Shown here piece after piece: positions 1 through 12,709 of a DNA stretch of 64,000 nucleotides. The position numbers were made by a program, and so were the translations under genes. Numbering within the stretch: the first letter of the stretch is position 1; every line of letters starts with the position of its first letter. This DNA is from Octopus vulgaris (lineage: Eukaryota): the NCBI GenBank assembly GCA_951406725.2, contig OX597814.1:56916001-56980000 (forward strand), read 5' to 3'. The notes beneath the pieces were generated by a model, which worked only from the letters and a program-made list of their open reading frames with translations, was not told the DNA's origin and did not search any database.

Positions 1-281
1 TCTTTATGCTCTACATTTTTATATTTTTCTATACTTACACTCTTTATACATTTTTTATCCCTCGTCCCGAATTCTCGCCCCTCCATCTTCACCTCTATAT
101 ATGTATTTATTTATTTACATTACCTCAACATCCAATTTTCCTCATTCTACATTGAGAGAAGAAAGAGATGGACGCTTCAATTCTATGCTGCTGCCGCATT
201 ATGTCGTACGCGAATGAGAGGATTTGCATCCCCAACCAAGAATTTTTGATGTAACACATGTCCTTGTGGAAGCTGTTGTGC

Positions 282-359
282 GCGGCTGAAGAAGGCCACA
301 GACATACATTATGCATTGTTATAAATCTGTCTAATAAATGCCCGAAACATATGTACCGC
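282..359 (+). ncRNA. Type-I hammerhead ribozyme motif (Penelope/retrozyme-like element 3' part, followed by (TA)n)
   Basis: GCGG-CTGAAGA-A-[GGCCA...long loop...TGCCC]-GAAAC-ATAT-GTA^CCGC. Intact core, 4-bp stem I (GCGG/CCGC), palindromic stem III (ACATATGT), imperfect stem II. Confidence 0.72.
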
Positions 360-397
360 TGAATCCTTCGCATCATGTTTTTATTTTATATTGATCA

Positions 398-523
<126 letters not shown>

Positions 524-616
524 TTTATGGATTTGATTTGCAAGAGTTCGTGTGTTGAATCATATTCTGTTTTGTCTGGAGAGAGTAATTTTCTTGACTC
601 TATATATACACAAGAG

Positions 617-647
<31 letters not shown>

Positions 648-1828
648 GGTCGGTTGTATTCAAAAAGCACCTATTTAACAGTGTCGACCTACGAGTTAGA
701 GCAAGTCAGAAAGCAATACAATTTTTATTTGTGTCACCTTCTGACTTATCCTGGTAGATATGAAATTTAATGTGCTAGTCACGGTTGGAATACATCTAGT
801 CAAGACTGACCTGGAAGTATGCAACCACACTGATTTCTAAATTTCGTACAAGGTCACAGATTTTCAGAATGGACACAGTTGGTTATTTGACTTTAATACT
901 TGACTTTTTCTGAACCTTTAGGAATAAAATCAAAGTTTGCCTTGAAAGGATTTGAATTCAAAATGTAAAGTGCTATAACAAAATACCATAACAAGGCACT
1001 TTGCTTGGCGATTTTGTCAATCTACTTTTAATTGCTGTGTGATATTAGCATGACTAATATTACACAATTGGTGTGATAAATTGATATGCTGTACTACATT
1101 GAATATTGGTTGTACTCTTGTAATTGACTGAAGGAATTTCATGTATTTATCATGCCACCAGCACTCGATTGTAAATAGAATCCAGAACGTTAGTAATGAT
1201 AACATGTACAATAAATATAATCAAAGACATCTATCTTGAGTGTACAATATACAGAAAGAAATCTATCTTGAGTGTACAATAAATACGCATATAGAAACAA
1301 AAAAACATCTTCCTTGAATATAAAGCGCTAAGCTATAGAGAGCGGATGTGTGTTGATAAAAGTAAGACTAATTTCTTCTTAAATAAGAGATGAGTAAATA
1401 CACATTCACAAATACACGCACGTACGCGCTCATACACACACTCACACATACACATACAGGAAACATCTAACCAATTTGAAATATATGCTTCTTATGAAAA
1501 GGACATTTTCTGGTGGCCAGGAAGAAATCTGATTCTAGCAACTAGTTAATAGGGCCTTGGGATTCTGCTTCTGATGATGCAGTAACACATTGAAGCTGAT
1601 GTATCCTGCTAAAATTAGTGGATCATTGCGATGACAACGGCAACGTCGACAGGAAACAGATAGACGCGCCTTTGTTTGAAATGTCTTTCTGCAGCTTGTT
1701 TCTGTGACCAAGACATAGTTCTAGGTTACGCACAGACCAATGCTGGCCATTTGGAATTCGGATTATAGCCCCGTGATCACTCGTAGTAGCAATACAGTCA
1801 TAATCAACCACTGAAGTATAAGTGGTTA

Positions 1829-2270
1829 GTGGTTTATGTGAACAACAGTGGCTTAAGTATAATTTTGAGCGTTGATGAAGTTCGTCAGAGCAATCTCTTT
1901 TTGATGAATTTCGGGTTGGAGATTATTGACAATTTCCAAAACTCATTAGTCTGGCAGTCCTATAGGGGGAATTATATGTTAGAGACAAGCTCTACACGTA
2001 CCTCCATCAGACGAACTTGTTCAAAGTATGGTTAGTGTGACGAAATTGTGCTACACTTATTCGTTTAGTACCCACGTATTACCGCTTAGTTAGCAACTAC
2101 TAGGACGAGTTCGGTTCTTTTGGGAAATATTTTCTTCCTTTGGCAAAGAAGGGCGGCTAGTTTCCCGCTATCTAGTGGCTGTGATGAAGGAGGTTATGTG
2201 GAGGATACAGTTAAATGGTCTGAAGAAAAGGATTTTCCCCGTCTAGTTAAACTTTCGTCAATGCTTATGT
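1829..2270 (+). pseudogene. Degenerate 3' fragment of an L1/Tx1-clade LINE related to the young copy at 24.6-27.4 kb
   Basis: ORF 1829-2035 has IIDNFQNSLVWQSYRG versus TLDNFQKSLAWQCYRG in the 946-aa ORF. Downstream LVAVMKEVMWRI resembles VVAIAKEVIWKT. Confidence 0.7.
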
Positions 2271-2851
2271 ACCAATTCAAGAAGTAGTAGAGGATGGAGT
2301 GTGAGTTGCTATCCTAGCATGCTTTACGAAAGATGAGTGGCAGCTGTAAGATTGATAGGGCTGAATACCGCTTCCCACGGTTATTCGACAGTAAACAACA
2401 GGCCAGAAAGTAGCAGAAGTCATGTTTGAGGTTTTTACTGTGGCAGAATAAGCCGAGGCATTGCGTCGGAGTTTTTCCCGATTTACACTCAATTTTCCAC
2501 CTAATTTTCTATTGACATTTTATTTTTATTGTTATTTATTGTTTTTGTTGATTTCACCTTTTACTACTCGATGTTATTTTCAGCATGTTATACATATATG
2601 TAAAACCTGGCATTTTGGTTATATTCTTGTTTACATCTTTTAAAAAGCACATTCCGAAGACAATTGGTATTATGGTAATTATTCCTGCTTCGTTTTCCAC
2701 ATTTATGCTATCTTTATTTCCAGCTCTTTGTATTCTATCTAAATGAGACACTCGGCGTAGTCCGGGTGTCGGCTTGCGGCAAGTTTTTATGTAGTTCCTT
2801 TTTTTGTATGTTGTCATATATGTATCACTCTCTCTCTCCTCCCTCTCTCTC

Positions 2852-2968
<117 letters not shown>

Positions 2969-3371
2969 GTGTGTGTGCGTGTGTGTGTGTCTGTATGAGT
3001 GTGTGTGTGTTGTTATTTTCGTCCTTTTACTGCCGGAATGTCTTGCCTGTATCGGCAAGTTCCGCTTCGCTCTTGCCAACGGTACGTCACCTGATTTCTT
3101 ATGTATATTTCAGCGCTGCTACATCGACTGTGGAAGACGGAGACATTGCGGGGAATCACACTCGAACCGAGTAACAGGAATGGCATATTTATGTACTAAA
3201 TTCTCGCATTTTAAAGAAGGTTAGTGGAGAATGAGTGATAATTGACCAGAAGCAATTTTAGGGGGAGGACTGTTTACGACGTTTCTACTAAAAGAGTTTC
3301 AGATCAGAGAGTATGCTACGTGTTACGAAGGCATACTCGTTTGCTTGTGTCAACTGGCTGTACGGTACTTA

Positions 3372-3775
3372 GGCAGAACCGTTAGCACGCCGGGCGAAAT
3401 GCTTAGCGGTATTTTGTCTGCCGTTACGTTGTGAGTTCAAATTCCGCCGAAGTCGACTTTACCTTTCATCCTTTCGGGGTCGATAAATTAAGTACCAGTT
3501 ACGCACTGGGGTCGATGTAATCGACTTAATACCTATGTCTGTCCTTGTTTGTCCCCTCTGTGTTTAGCCCCTTGTGGGTAATAAAGAAATAGGTATTTTG
3601 TCTGCCGTTACGTTGTGAGTTCAAATTCCGCCGAAGTCGACTTTACCTTTCATCCTTTCGGGGTCGATAAATTAAGTACCAGTTACGCACTGGGGTCGAT
3701 GTAATCGACTTAATACCTATGTCTGTCTTTGTTTGTCCCCTCTATGTTTAGCCCCTTGTGGGTAATAAAGAAATA
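3372..3775 (+). mobile_element. tRNA-derived SINE (family A) with a 184-bp tandem duplication of its 3' part
   Basis: B-box-like GAGTTCAAATTCC; central CCTTTCATCCTTTCGGGGTCGATAAATTAAGTACCAG; units at 3408-3591 and 3592-3775; TSD GGTACTTA at 3364-3371 and 3776-3783. Confidence 0.88.
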
Positions 3776-3849
3776 GGTACTTAAGAAACCCAAGCCTTGA
3801 GTTGAGAAAAACCTTGTGAGTAGATTTGGTAGACGGCAACTTTTGTGTA

Positions 3850-4095
3850 TTATCTTTTAGTTATTTCAGTCATTTTTGACTGCGAACATGCTGGGGCACC
3901 ACATTGAAGGGTTTTAGTCAACAAATAGAACCCAGTGCTCATTTCATAAAGCCTGGTACTCATTCTATCTGTTACTTGTGCCGAACTGCTAAGTTACGGG
4001 GTCATAAATATACCAACACCGGTTGTCGAGCTGTGATGGACAACACAGACACAAAGACACACATATATACATACACACACATGGACACACACACA
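3850..4095 (-). mobile_element. SINE family C 3' fragment
   Basis: Matches 45690-45900 (TTTCAGTCATTTGACTGCG...CTAAGTTACGGGG). Confidence 0.7.
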
Positions 4096-4115
4096 TTTAC
4101 TACAGGCATGTTTAT

Positions 4116-4270
4116 GGACCATTGATGAGGTCACAGAAGTGTGACGAAAGAACTCTGGCCGAAATACGATTAATATAAAATAAAGTTGAAGCAAATGAAC
4201 ACCAAATGTACAGTGTGTGTGTGTGTTTATTGGCTAAAGTGGCAACATGACCGTCCCCAAATACAACAAT
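4116..4270 (+). mobile_element. Diverged single-arm copy of the hammerhead-bearing element at 22.5 kb
   Basis: GGACCA-TTGATGA-G-GTCACA-GAAG-TGTGAC-GAAAGAACTC-TGGCC and downstream TTTATTGGCTAAAGTGGCAA align to 22511-22675. Core C3 is changed to T. Confidence 0.75.
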
Positions 4271-4337
4271 ATATGTGTGTGTGTGTGTGAGTGTGTGTGT
4301 GCGCGTGCGTATGTGTGTATGTATATATATATATATA

Positions 4338-5159
4338 CGGTATCTGATCAATAATTATTCGGACTATTGCCATAGTAACGAAGCTAAAGCACACAGAGTA
4401 AAGCCGCTTAGCACAGATTAACTTTAAACTTTGTTGTGCATGCGCACTAAGTTCTAGCTCACTTCCGCTGTCTACTGCAGTACTCTGAAGGAAGGTGTGT
4501 AGCGTATGATCGTCTCATTGACCATGACAGAGAAATTTGTCGTGGCAATACCTGCTCAGAGGCCTACACAAAGTTGCAGAAAATATATGGAGAGGAGTGT
4601 ATGAACCACACACAAGTGTACAAGTGGTTCAGACTTTCCAAGGTGGCCGAAAAAATGTCGATACTGATGAACGTTCTGGGAGACACGCAACTAGCAGAAC
4701 TGAGAAAGACATCGCAGATATGAAGGGTAATCGTCGTATCACCATCCGTGAGTTATCGGAGGATGTGCAGATTAGTTACGGCTCATTTCAATACATTAGC
4801 ACTGAAGATTTGGGTATGAGACGCGTGTCTGCCAAGTTTCTGCGAAAACTGCTTTCAGCTGACCAAAAACACACTCGAGTTTCAGTTGCACACGATCTCT
4901 TTGATTGTGTCTTTTCTGAAAAATTTGCGTTGATCTCTGAGTTGGTATCGCCAAGCTTTTAGCAAAATTTGATGCAGATTCTCTGCTCAATTTTCTCTGT
5001 TATGCTACACACCATCCTTCCAAGAACTGCTGTAAACAGCGGAAGCGTGATAGAAGGTTAAAAGTTAGTGCGCATGCATACCATGTGTGCTAAGCAGTTT
5101 CACTGCGTCCTTTAGCTTCGTTACTATGGCAAAAAACTAGATACCTGTTGATCAGACCG
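4338..5159 (+). mobile_element. Internally deleted mariner transposon
   Basis: TIRs CGGTATCTGATCAA...TGCCATAGTAACGAAGCTAAAG and CTTTAGCTTCGTTACTATGGCA...TTGATCAGACCG. ORF 4537-4962 covers the HTH region (DERSGR, RRITIRELS, LGMRRVSAKF). Confidence 0.85.
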
Positions 5160-5193
5160 CATATATTATAATTACACTTCCAATTAAAAGGTC

Positions 5194-5246
<53 letters not shown>

Positions 5247-5252
<6 letters not shown>

Positions 5253-6174
5253 GCGGGGAATAAAATATCTAAATTAATGAAAATAATCCCGACATCTCAT
5301 TTTAAAAGATATGTTTACCAAAATTACATAAAATCTTGAAATACTTAAGAGTAAATCTATTCAATAAAACCAAGGCCTCCAGGTGACTTCGGAATCTCCT
5401 GTGTGGAAGATGAATGGAGACATAATGGTCGCCATCACTAGTGATCACTCCAAACACCATGATGTTGACTGGATGTTTGGTTTTTATCACTCCCGGTACA
5501 TGTTTCGGGGATACGGCAAGCCAACGGTTGCTCTGTGTGTTCACCTTCTGATCCTAACAGAATTTTTTCTCGTATGAGAAAAACGAAAGCATGTTCAGTT
5601 GGAGGGAATGTTTGTGTTTGTTCAAAAGTTTCGTAGCGCGGTCTTTCCTCTTGTCCTTGGTGGCTTGGGATAAAAATTGGCCCTTTCTTATCTTGTATGT
5701 GGAATACCGAATGTCTTCAAGCACTACCCGCTTGATAAGAAACTCAGACACTTCCATGTTCCTGGCGATGGACCTGATTGATTTGGAGAGATCGTTGTCA
5801 ATCATGGCCTGGATCTCACCAACAAATTCAGGAATTCTTTTCTTATTAGAACGAACAGCGTGAGTTTTCTGTGCTGCCGTCCCTTCTTAACCACCATTAG
5901 ATTCAGCCAACACTTTCTTAATCATCTGCACAGATTGACACCCAAACACTCTGAAATGTTCGTATTGGAGATTACGGCGGGAATGCCAAGCATATCATTT
6001 CCAAAATTTCTGGCAGAGTGAATTGCGTCATGGTGCGTCATGGTGCTGTTTTCCTCACAGACGGTGCCCAATTGACCCTACCATATTGTATACTCGACAA
6101 AATCAAAAATAAACAATACGCACGTGCAAAATTAAAAATATAAAATGACGGTAATTTACCCATCGCAACCTGTA
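5247..6174 (-). mobile_element. Deleted Tc1/mariner element, maT(DD37D)-like
   Basis: Frameshifted ORFs 5554-5805 (KSIRSIAR...FFSYEKKF, degraded FSDEK) and 5302-5544 (KTKHPVNIMVFGVITSDG). Ends resemble TA-CAGG(G/T)TGCG. Confidence 0.72.
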
Positions 6175-6829
6175 TATTTATTTTCATATAGCTAACTTGT
6201 ATTAGTCTTTGTATTAGTTTCACTTTATTTCCTAGACACACTTCTCACCGTACAAAAACTTTATTTACTAATATACACTCTAAAAGGATGGACAAAGAAA
6301 AGAGAAAATGGGAAAAAAACGGGAGGGGGAAAACAGCGGAAGACAGAGCGGCGATGGGTCACTTATCCCAAAACAAGAGGGTTGCTCAGCCGCGCCCCGC
6401 GCCGATGACTCCAGTGGCGTTGCCATGGAAAATGGCTAGCGAAACTCGCTGAAGTAGCCAAACCACTTGCAGAAAATCCCAACATTCTATGATCGCAAAA
6501 TTTGCAGATTTGTATTTCATATTCTGTGTTGGAATTTCACCGAGATCAACTTTGCCTTTTATCCTTCCGAGACCAATGAATTGAACTATCAGACTATGAC
6601 TGCTTCAGTTTAGTCTTCTTAATGGTATTGTGCTTAAATTAGAAGTCATTAATCATTATTTATCATTCTCATATTTGTATGCTTGTTTTTACTGTATAAA
6701 TCACATGCAGTTTCATGTGCATTGAATTACAAAGAAATAAAGAAACAGATTATCATTATTTTAAAAGGTATTATTTGAAATAAATCATTGCTATGAATAA
6801 AAGAAATCATAATTATTACAAAGACACTC

Positions 6830-7007
<178 letters not shown>

Positions 7008-7220
7008 CATGTTTTCATTATGTGTCTGAGCGTAGCTCTGTATGCTTTGCTTATATGCAATCCATTGTTTTGTTATTCTACTTTTCTATTGTAATAAAAG
7101 TATCCTGCCTAGTATGCGTGCAGTGCTTATTAGTGCCGTTATTTTGTTGTGTATAAATGCACGCCTTGAGGTTTCTGTTATGTAATTTGCCTACGTCTTT
7201 TTAAAATCATTCTCTAGACA
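7008..7220 (-). mobile_element. 3' end of an R4/Dong-like LINE abutting (TAA)n
   Basis: Minus strand encodes TALISTARILGRILLLQ*, similar to the AHILRRTLSIQ* terminus at 62.3 kb. The 3' UTR runs into the TAA array. Confidence 0.62.
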
Positions 7221-7502
7221 GCTCTTAGTATACGTATTATTTCTTTTTGCGTCCCCACACTCTTGAATTAGGATATTTTCTCCATTTCTGTTAGGGAAGC
7301 ATTATCACCTGTTGGAACTGATACATCTAACAGGAGGCGCTTCCTTTCTTGGTAGTACTTAACAACAATATCCCATCGATAAGCTTGATCTTCCTGTCTG
7401 TGGAGATTGGTATATTCCACTTTGTTATTTTAAGGGACCTTTCGAAGCGCATATTTAAATTTTTTTTGTGTCGGTATTCATAATGCAGGGACAAATTTTA
7501 CG

Positions 7503-7504
<2 letters not shown>

Positions 7505-7533
<29 letters not shown>

Positions 7534-7650
7534 TGTATGTATGTATGTATGTATGTATGTATGTATGTATGTATGCATGCATGCATGTATGTATGTATGT
7601 ATGTATGTATGTATGTATGTATGTATGTATGTATGTATGTATGTATGTAT
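7505..7650. repeat. (TATG)n microsatellite
   Basis: Direct reading. Similar arrays at 9611-9780, 10285-10465, 10886-10965, 18478-18545, 44710-44796, 58307-58465 and 61330-61392. Confidence 0.97.
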
Positions 7651-7669
7651 GATTGCATGCATATATGTA

Positions 7670-8690
7670 TGTCTCTTGTTTTTAATTATTATAAATCTTC
7701 CACTGAAGAAGGAGTCGGTTTCCAACGAAGATATAAGGCTCTGTCTTTGGGATGTAGTTGACACAAACAAATTCACATTTGGAACTTGAAGAAAGTCTTG
7801 CATATTTTTACTGTTTCACTCACAGATTGCACTTGTAAATTTTGAATTAGCCGGTCGATTTCTCTTTCTGAAAATCCCAGTTTATCCAGATTCTCCTTTA
7901 AGCATTTACTAACAAAACCTAGTGTTCTAATTATTTTGGTATGAATATGAACTCATAGTTTGGATATAGAAGCTGGAGGTTTCGAAGCAGTTGTCCGTAG
8001 ATATCCTCTTTTTCTTTGAATTTCAAAGAGACATTTATATCTGCAGGGCAGCTGACCTCTATGATGGTACATACCTTTGCCCCTCTGTCCCAAACAGCAA
8101 TATCCGGCCTGTTATGTTTGCATTTGATAGAAGGTTTGATGGGAATATTCCACCAGTATTTCTCGAGTTGGTGTTCACGAATGTATTCTATAACAGAGGG
8201 ATTTTCTAAGTGTATTTCAGGACAGTCCTTTTTGCGGATAGCATTGTAAATTGTTTTAGCGACAACATCGTGCCGCATAGGGAAGTAGTACCGTGACGAC
8301 ATGCGTGATGTCTTCCACAGAAACATGACATAGCCTACACATGCAGTTGTACTTTGGGATTACAAGAGCATCAGTGTCTCTCTTGTTCACTGGGTACTTT
8401 GTGGCAATCTCCTGTTCCTGGATTGCAAACACACAGCCTTCAAAGTGTGATGTGATGTAGTAATCTTGTGTCCAAGAGAGGCTGTGCTTCGTGTCAATTC
8501 TACTGTCTTCAAGCTTCCAGGCAACATACCCATGCATTGTCTTTTTCTTGTATGCTGGGTGCTTTCCATCCAAGTTTTCTCTGAGGTAATAGAGTCCAGC
8601 TGTTTTGGAGCTGTATAGATCATTAGGAAGAGAGTGTATCTTGAGGAATTCATTGCCAACTCGTACAATGTTGCCCACTTCATTTTCATC
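7670..8690 (-). pseudogene. R4/Dong-clade LINE C-terminal fragment (CCHC plus restriction-like endonuclease)
   Basis: ORF 8256-8678 has AIQEQEI and CRLCHVSVEDITHV. ORF 7931-8326 has RHD, HNRPDIAVWD, IIEVSCP, KEKEDIY (PD-(D/E)xK nuclease). Terminus VKICKTFFKFQM*. Confidence 0.85.
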
Positions 8691-8699
8691 ACTGCATTT

Positions 8700-9590
8700 A
8701 TATATTTATTTTTACTTCAGCTTTATGTTAACATCCACTGGGCAGCTAATTTCCTCAACTCTGCACAGTTTCTCTTCTCTATTCCAAATCATTATATCAG
8801 GTCTGTTGTGCTTGTATTTTATTGAAGTCTTCACTAGTACATTCCACCAGTATTCCTTTTCATTATGAGTGGGTATGGCTTCTACCATATTATGGGCTTT
8901 TATTTCTTTGTCCTCGAGATTATTCTTTCAACCGATTTCATTATAGAGTGTCCTAGCTACAACGTCATGTCTCACCGGTAGATTATACCATGACATTTTC
9001 GGACAACTGCTTATGATGTGGGTGATATCTTCAGTGTGAACAAAGTTTGCATCGGTTGTCACATTTTACTGCTTTTCCTGCATCTCTCTTCATTTTGTGC
9101 GTCAGGTACTTGGTTGATATTTCCTGTCTCTGGATTTCAAACGCATACCCTTCAAAGTGGGAGGTAGTGATCCAGTTATTAGTCCATATTAAACTGCTTT
9201 GATGATCAATGTTACTATCAATACAGATCTTTCTACTAACATATCCATGCATAGTATTCTGCTCATATAGGCTCATCCTTTCATCTGATGATACGTTGCG
9301 GTAGAGTCGTGCAACATCTATGGGTATATATTCTACGTTATCAGACACAGAGTGTTGCTCAAGGAGCTGCCTTCAAGTCTTATGATGTTATCAGCCTCGT
9401 GTATGCAAACATGGCCAGGAGATGCACTTCGACGCTTAGTGGTTAAAAGATGTTGCTGAAGGGATATGATGTGACATTCAAGGTATTTTGGATAGATGTT
9501 AAGCCTCTGCCACCTTGTTTACGTTTTAGGCAGAGACGGTCTACATCACTGTTTATGCGGAAATTATGTGTGCTTGTTAGTATTTTTATG
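8700..9590 (-). pseudogene. Second R4/Dong-clade fragment (different subfamily)
   Basis: [47 protein letters not shown]. Confidence 0.82.
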
Positions 9591-9704
9591 TATATATGTA
9601 TATATGCATGCATGTATGTATGTATGTATGTATGTATGTATGTATGTATGTATGTATGTATGTATGTATGTATGTATGTATGTATGTATGTATGTATGTA
9701 TGTA

Positions 9705-9760
<56 letters not shown>

Positions 9761-9780
9761 TGTATGTACGTATGTATGTA

Positions 9781-10885
9781 TCAATGTGATTATTCCGTTT
9801 TATTTCAAGATTTCATGCCAATAGAGAAAGAGTAGGTTTCTAACCTAGATCCAAGACTCCTTCATTAGAATTTCAACAACAACCATGGCACTCCGTCGGT
9901 TACGACGACGTGGGTTCCATTTGATCCGGTCAACGTAACAACTTGCTCGTGAAATTAACTTGCAAGTGGCTGAGCACTCCACAAACACATGTACCCTTAA
10001 CGTAGTTCTCGAGGAAATTCAGCATGACACAGAGTATGACAAGGCTGACCCTTTGAAATACAGGTACAACAAAATCAGGAAGAAAGAGTGAAAGAAAGTT
10101 GTGGTGAAAGAATACAGCAGAGTTCGTCATCACCCCATGCCGGATCATTGTGGAGCTTTAGGTGTTTTCGCTCAATAAACACTCACTCCGCTCGGTCTGG
10201 GAATCGAAACCGCGATCCTATGACCGTGAGTCTGCTGCCCTAACCACTGGGCCTTTGCGCCTACACTCAGCATCAACAACAGGGTATGTATGTATGTATG
10301 TATGTATGTATGTATGTATGTATGTATGTATGTATGTATGTATGTATGTATGTATGTATGCATGCATGTATGTATGTATGTATGTATGTATGTATGTATG
10401 TATGTATGTATGTATGTTTGTACTTATGTATGTATGTATGTATGTATGTATGTATGTATGTATGTTTGTATGTATACAGATTTGTATGTTTTGTTTTATG
10501 TATATCTCCTCATGCATATACTTGCATGCCTAGACATGCTCATATATACTTAAATGATAAACTTCTGAAAGGTTTTACAGACTTTTACAGTTCCTGTGAT
10601 GGCTTGGATCATTATTCTTCGAATCAACTTTCTCCTTTCTAGTTTTGAGGAGCCTAATTTCTCAAGATTGGTATTTAGGGTTGCAATCCTAGTGCCCCAA
10701 TAATTCCAGGTGTAATTACAACCTGAACTTGTAATCTGGATAGAATAACGATAGCTTTCTCAATAGTTCAGCATAAGAATTCTCTTTTTCCCTGATCTTC
10801 AGCTTTATGCTAACGTCCGCTGGGCAGCTGATTTCCACAATTGTACACAGTTTCTCTGATCTATTCCAAATCATTATATCTGGTC
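9781..10885 (-). pseudogene. Third R4/Dong-clade 3' fragment bounded by (TATG)n, with a SINE nested in its presumed 3' UTR
   Basis: 10585-10885 minus encodes [23 protein letters not shown]...IQAITGTVKVCKTFQKF. TATG arrays lie on both sides. Confidence 0.75.
9884..10265 (-). mobile_element. tRNA-derived SINE (family B, head 2)
   Basis: Reverse complement starts GGCGCAAAGGCCCAGTGGTTAGGGCAGCAGACTC...GGTTTCGATTCCC; homologous to 14704-15010. Confidence 0.85.
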
Positions 10886-11817
10886 TATGTATGTATGTAT
10901 GTATGTATGTATGTATGTATGTATGTATGTATGTATGTATGTATGTATGTATGTATGTATGTATGCGTTAGACAGCAATGGGTCGCTTAGGTTTCATAAC
11001 AGAAAACCCTCGATTATTTGTTTAAAGCGAACAGCAAAAGGTGCGTTGTCAGGGCTGTAGTGGCAGTGGTGCGATGTAACAACAAATCCACACGAGTAAT
11101 CATGTGCGGATTTCCGGAAGTACTTCATTCGATGGCAAAATACGCAAAGTATTACAAAAGCCGGAAAATAGTAATTGAAACACGAGAGATACCGAATAGT
11201 TGCATTTGGTGTAAATCACCCAGTTTGGATGGTGAACCTACCACCTTTACATGTACATGTCAGACTTGCTTGGAAACCTCTTGGCAGATGTCCATCGCAA
11301 ATACTAAGAAATACGCCAACAAGGGACACGTCAAAGATAACTTTCGGCCTAAAACTCTGCTAAGCACGGAGTTTAAGATGTTGGCAAAATCTTAACGAAA
11401 AGACTGGCACTTTCCGGCGGTCTAGTAGTGAAATACAAACAAATTTCGGGTTTCTGGACTGTTTGGATTACCACTGCAATAAGAAAACTTTACGTGAAAT
11501 TTTGTAAGTTATATCTCAAAGATGATAGGACGAGAAGCCTACCTGAATTTTGTGGGATGGGAAATCCCTTAAAGAAGGGAATTAAAGCTTAATTTTTCTC
11601 GCACGCGCCGCTACTAGATAGACATCAAAGAAGGTTTCACCCCATGTTTCTACCAAGAAAATGTCTCGGCGCGATGAAATTATTAGAGGGTTACCTTTTA
11701 CTGTGTGTGAGACCTTTTACTGTGTGTGAGAAATAAATATCGTCGACACTGCTTCAACAAAATGCACCCACGTAGAGGGTGGCAGTAGCAGTAAACTCAG
11801 CAGCAGCAGCATTTATA

Positions 11818-12076
11818 TTTTCTTCTTTCTTTGCGCCCTTTTAAAGCTTAACCAGGCTGATGGGCCCGGTTTCCCAGTTTTTATGGCGTATGTTTTCCCC
11901 AGCTGGACGGGAGGCCAATCCATCGCAGCGTTACTCATTTTTGCCAGCTGAGTGGACTGGAGCAACGTGAAGTGAATTTTGCTCAAGAACACAACGCGTC
12001 GCCCGGTCCAAGAATCGAAACCACAATCTTACGATCATGGTGCTGACACTCTAACCACTAAACCACGCGCCTCCAC
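11818..12076 (-). mobile_element. tRNA-derived SINE (family B, head 1) with TSD
   Basis: A and B boxes on the minus strand; TSD GCATTTATA at 11809-11817 and 12077-12085. Confidence 0.85.
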
Positions 12077-12169
12077 GCATTTATACTACATAAACTTTTA
12101 TTAAGAACAGTGGAAATGTCTGTAATAGTAAACATAATAATATCAATAAGAGCACTGAAAGAAAGTTTG

Positions 12170-12520
12170 CTTAGTTAACCCTACGCTCAGAAGCGAAGCA
12201 GGGTTGTAATCGCTCATTGTGCTTTTGAAAAATTACTGAAAAACGACCGAACGGATTTTCACCAAATTTGGCAGAAATACTCATTGGGTAATTGGCTCAA
12301 ACTCATTGAATTCTGGTTTGATTATCTTAGAAACTGGCGGACGGGTGAATCAAAATGTTTTTTCTTTGTTACATATGCACAAACGATAAGCAGTAGAAAT
12401 AACTCTTGATGTCATTTTGTTGAAATATGAATTCGTTAGAGAATATATTTATTAGATTAAATTTTATTTTATTCTTGTGTGTGCGCAGGGTATGCATCGC
12501 CCCTCCGATATCTTTTTTTT
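12170..12520. mobile_element. Possible non-autonomous Helitron/Helentron-type relic
   Basis: ACCGAACGGATTTTCACCAAATTTGGC motif, short sub-terminal inverted repeat (ACCCTACGC / GCGCAGGGT), T-rich end. Confidence 0.35.
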
Positions 12521-12709
12521 TCATTTAGAATTGTAACGATAGCTAAGTGCTCACTGTCAAGTATTGTTATAATACCTGGAACATCGGACACAACAGCTAC
12601 CAGTGTGGCAGTATCAGCAGTAAGACCTGCAGAATCAGTACAAAAAATGTGACAGTGGCAGTATTGTTAAGGTGGTAGGATTTGAAGAAAGTGTGGCCAT
12701 TAGTTATTG

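Noticed and set aside
2738-2775. Hairpin GACACTCGG/CCGGGTGTC preceded by CTAAATGA as a hammerhead
   Set aside because: Neither CUGANGA nor GAAA is intact; at most a heavily decayed remnant.
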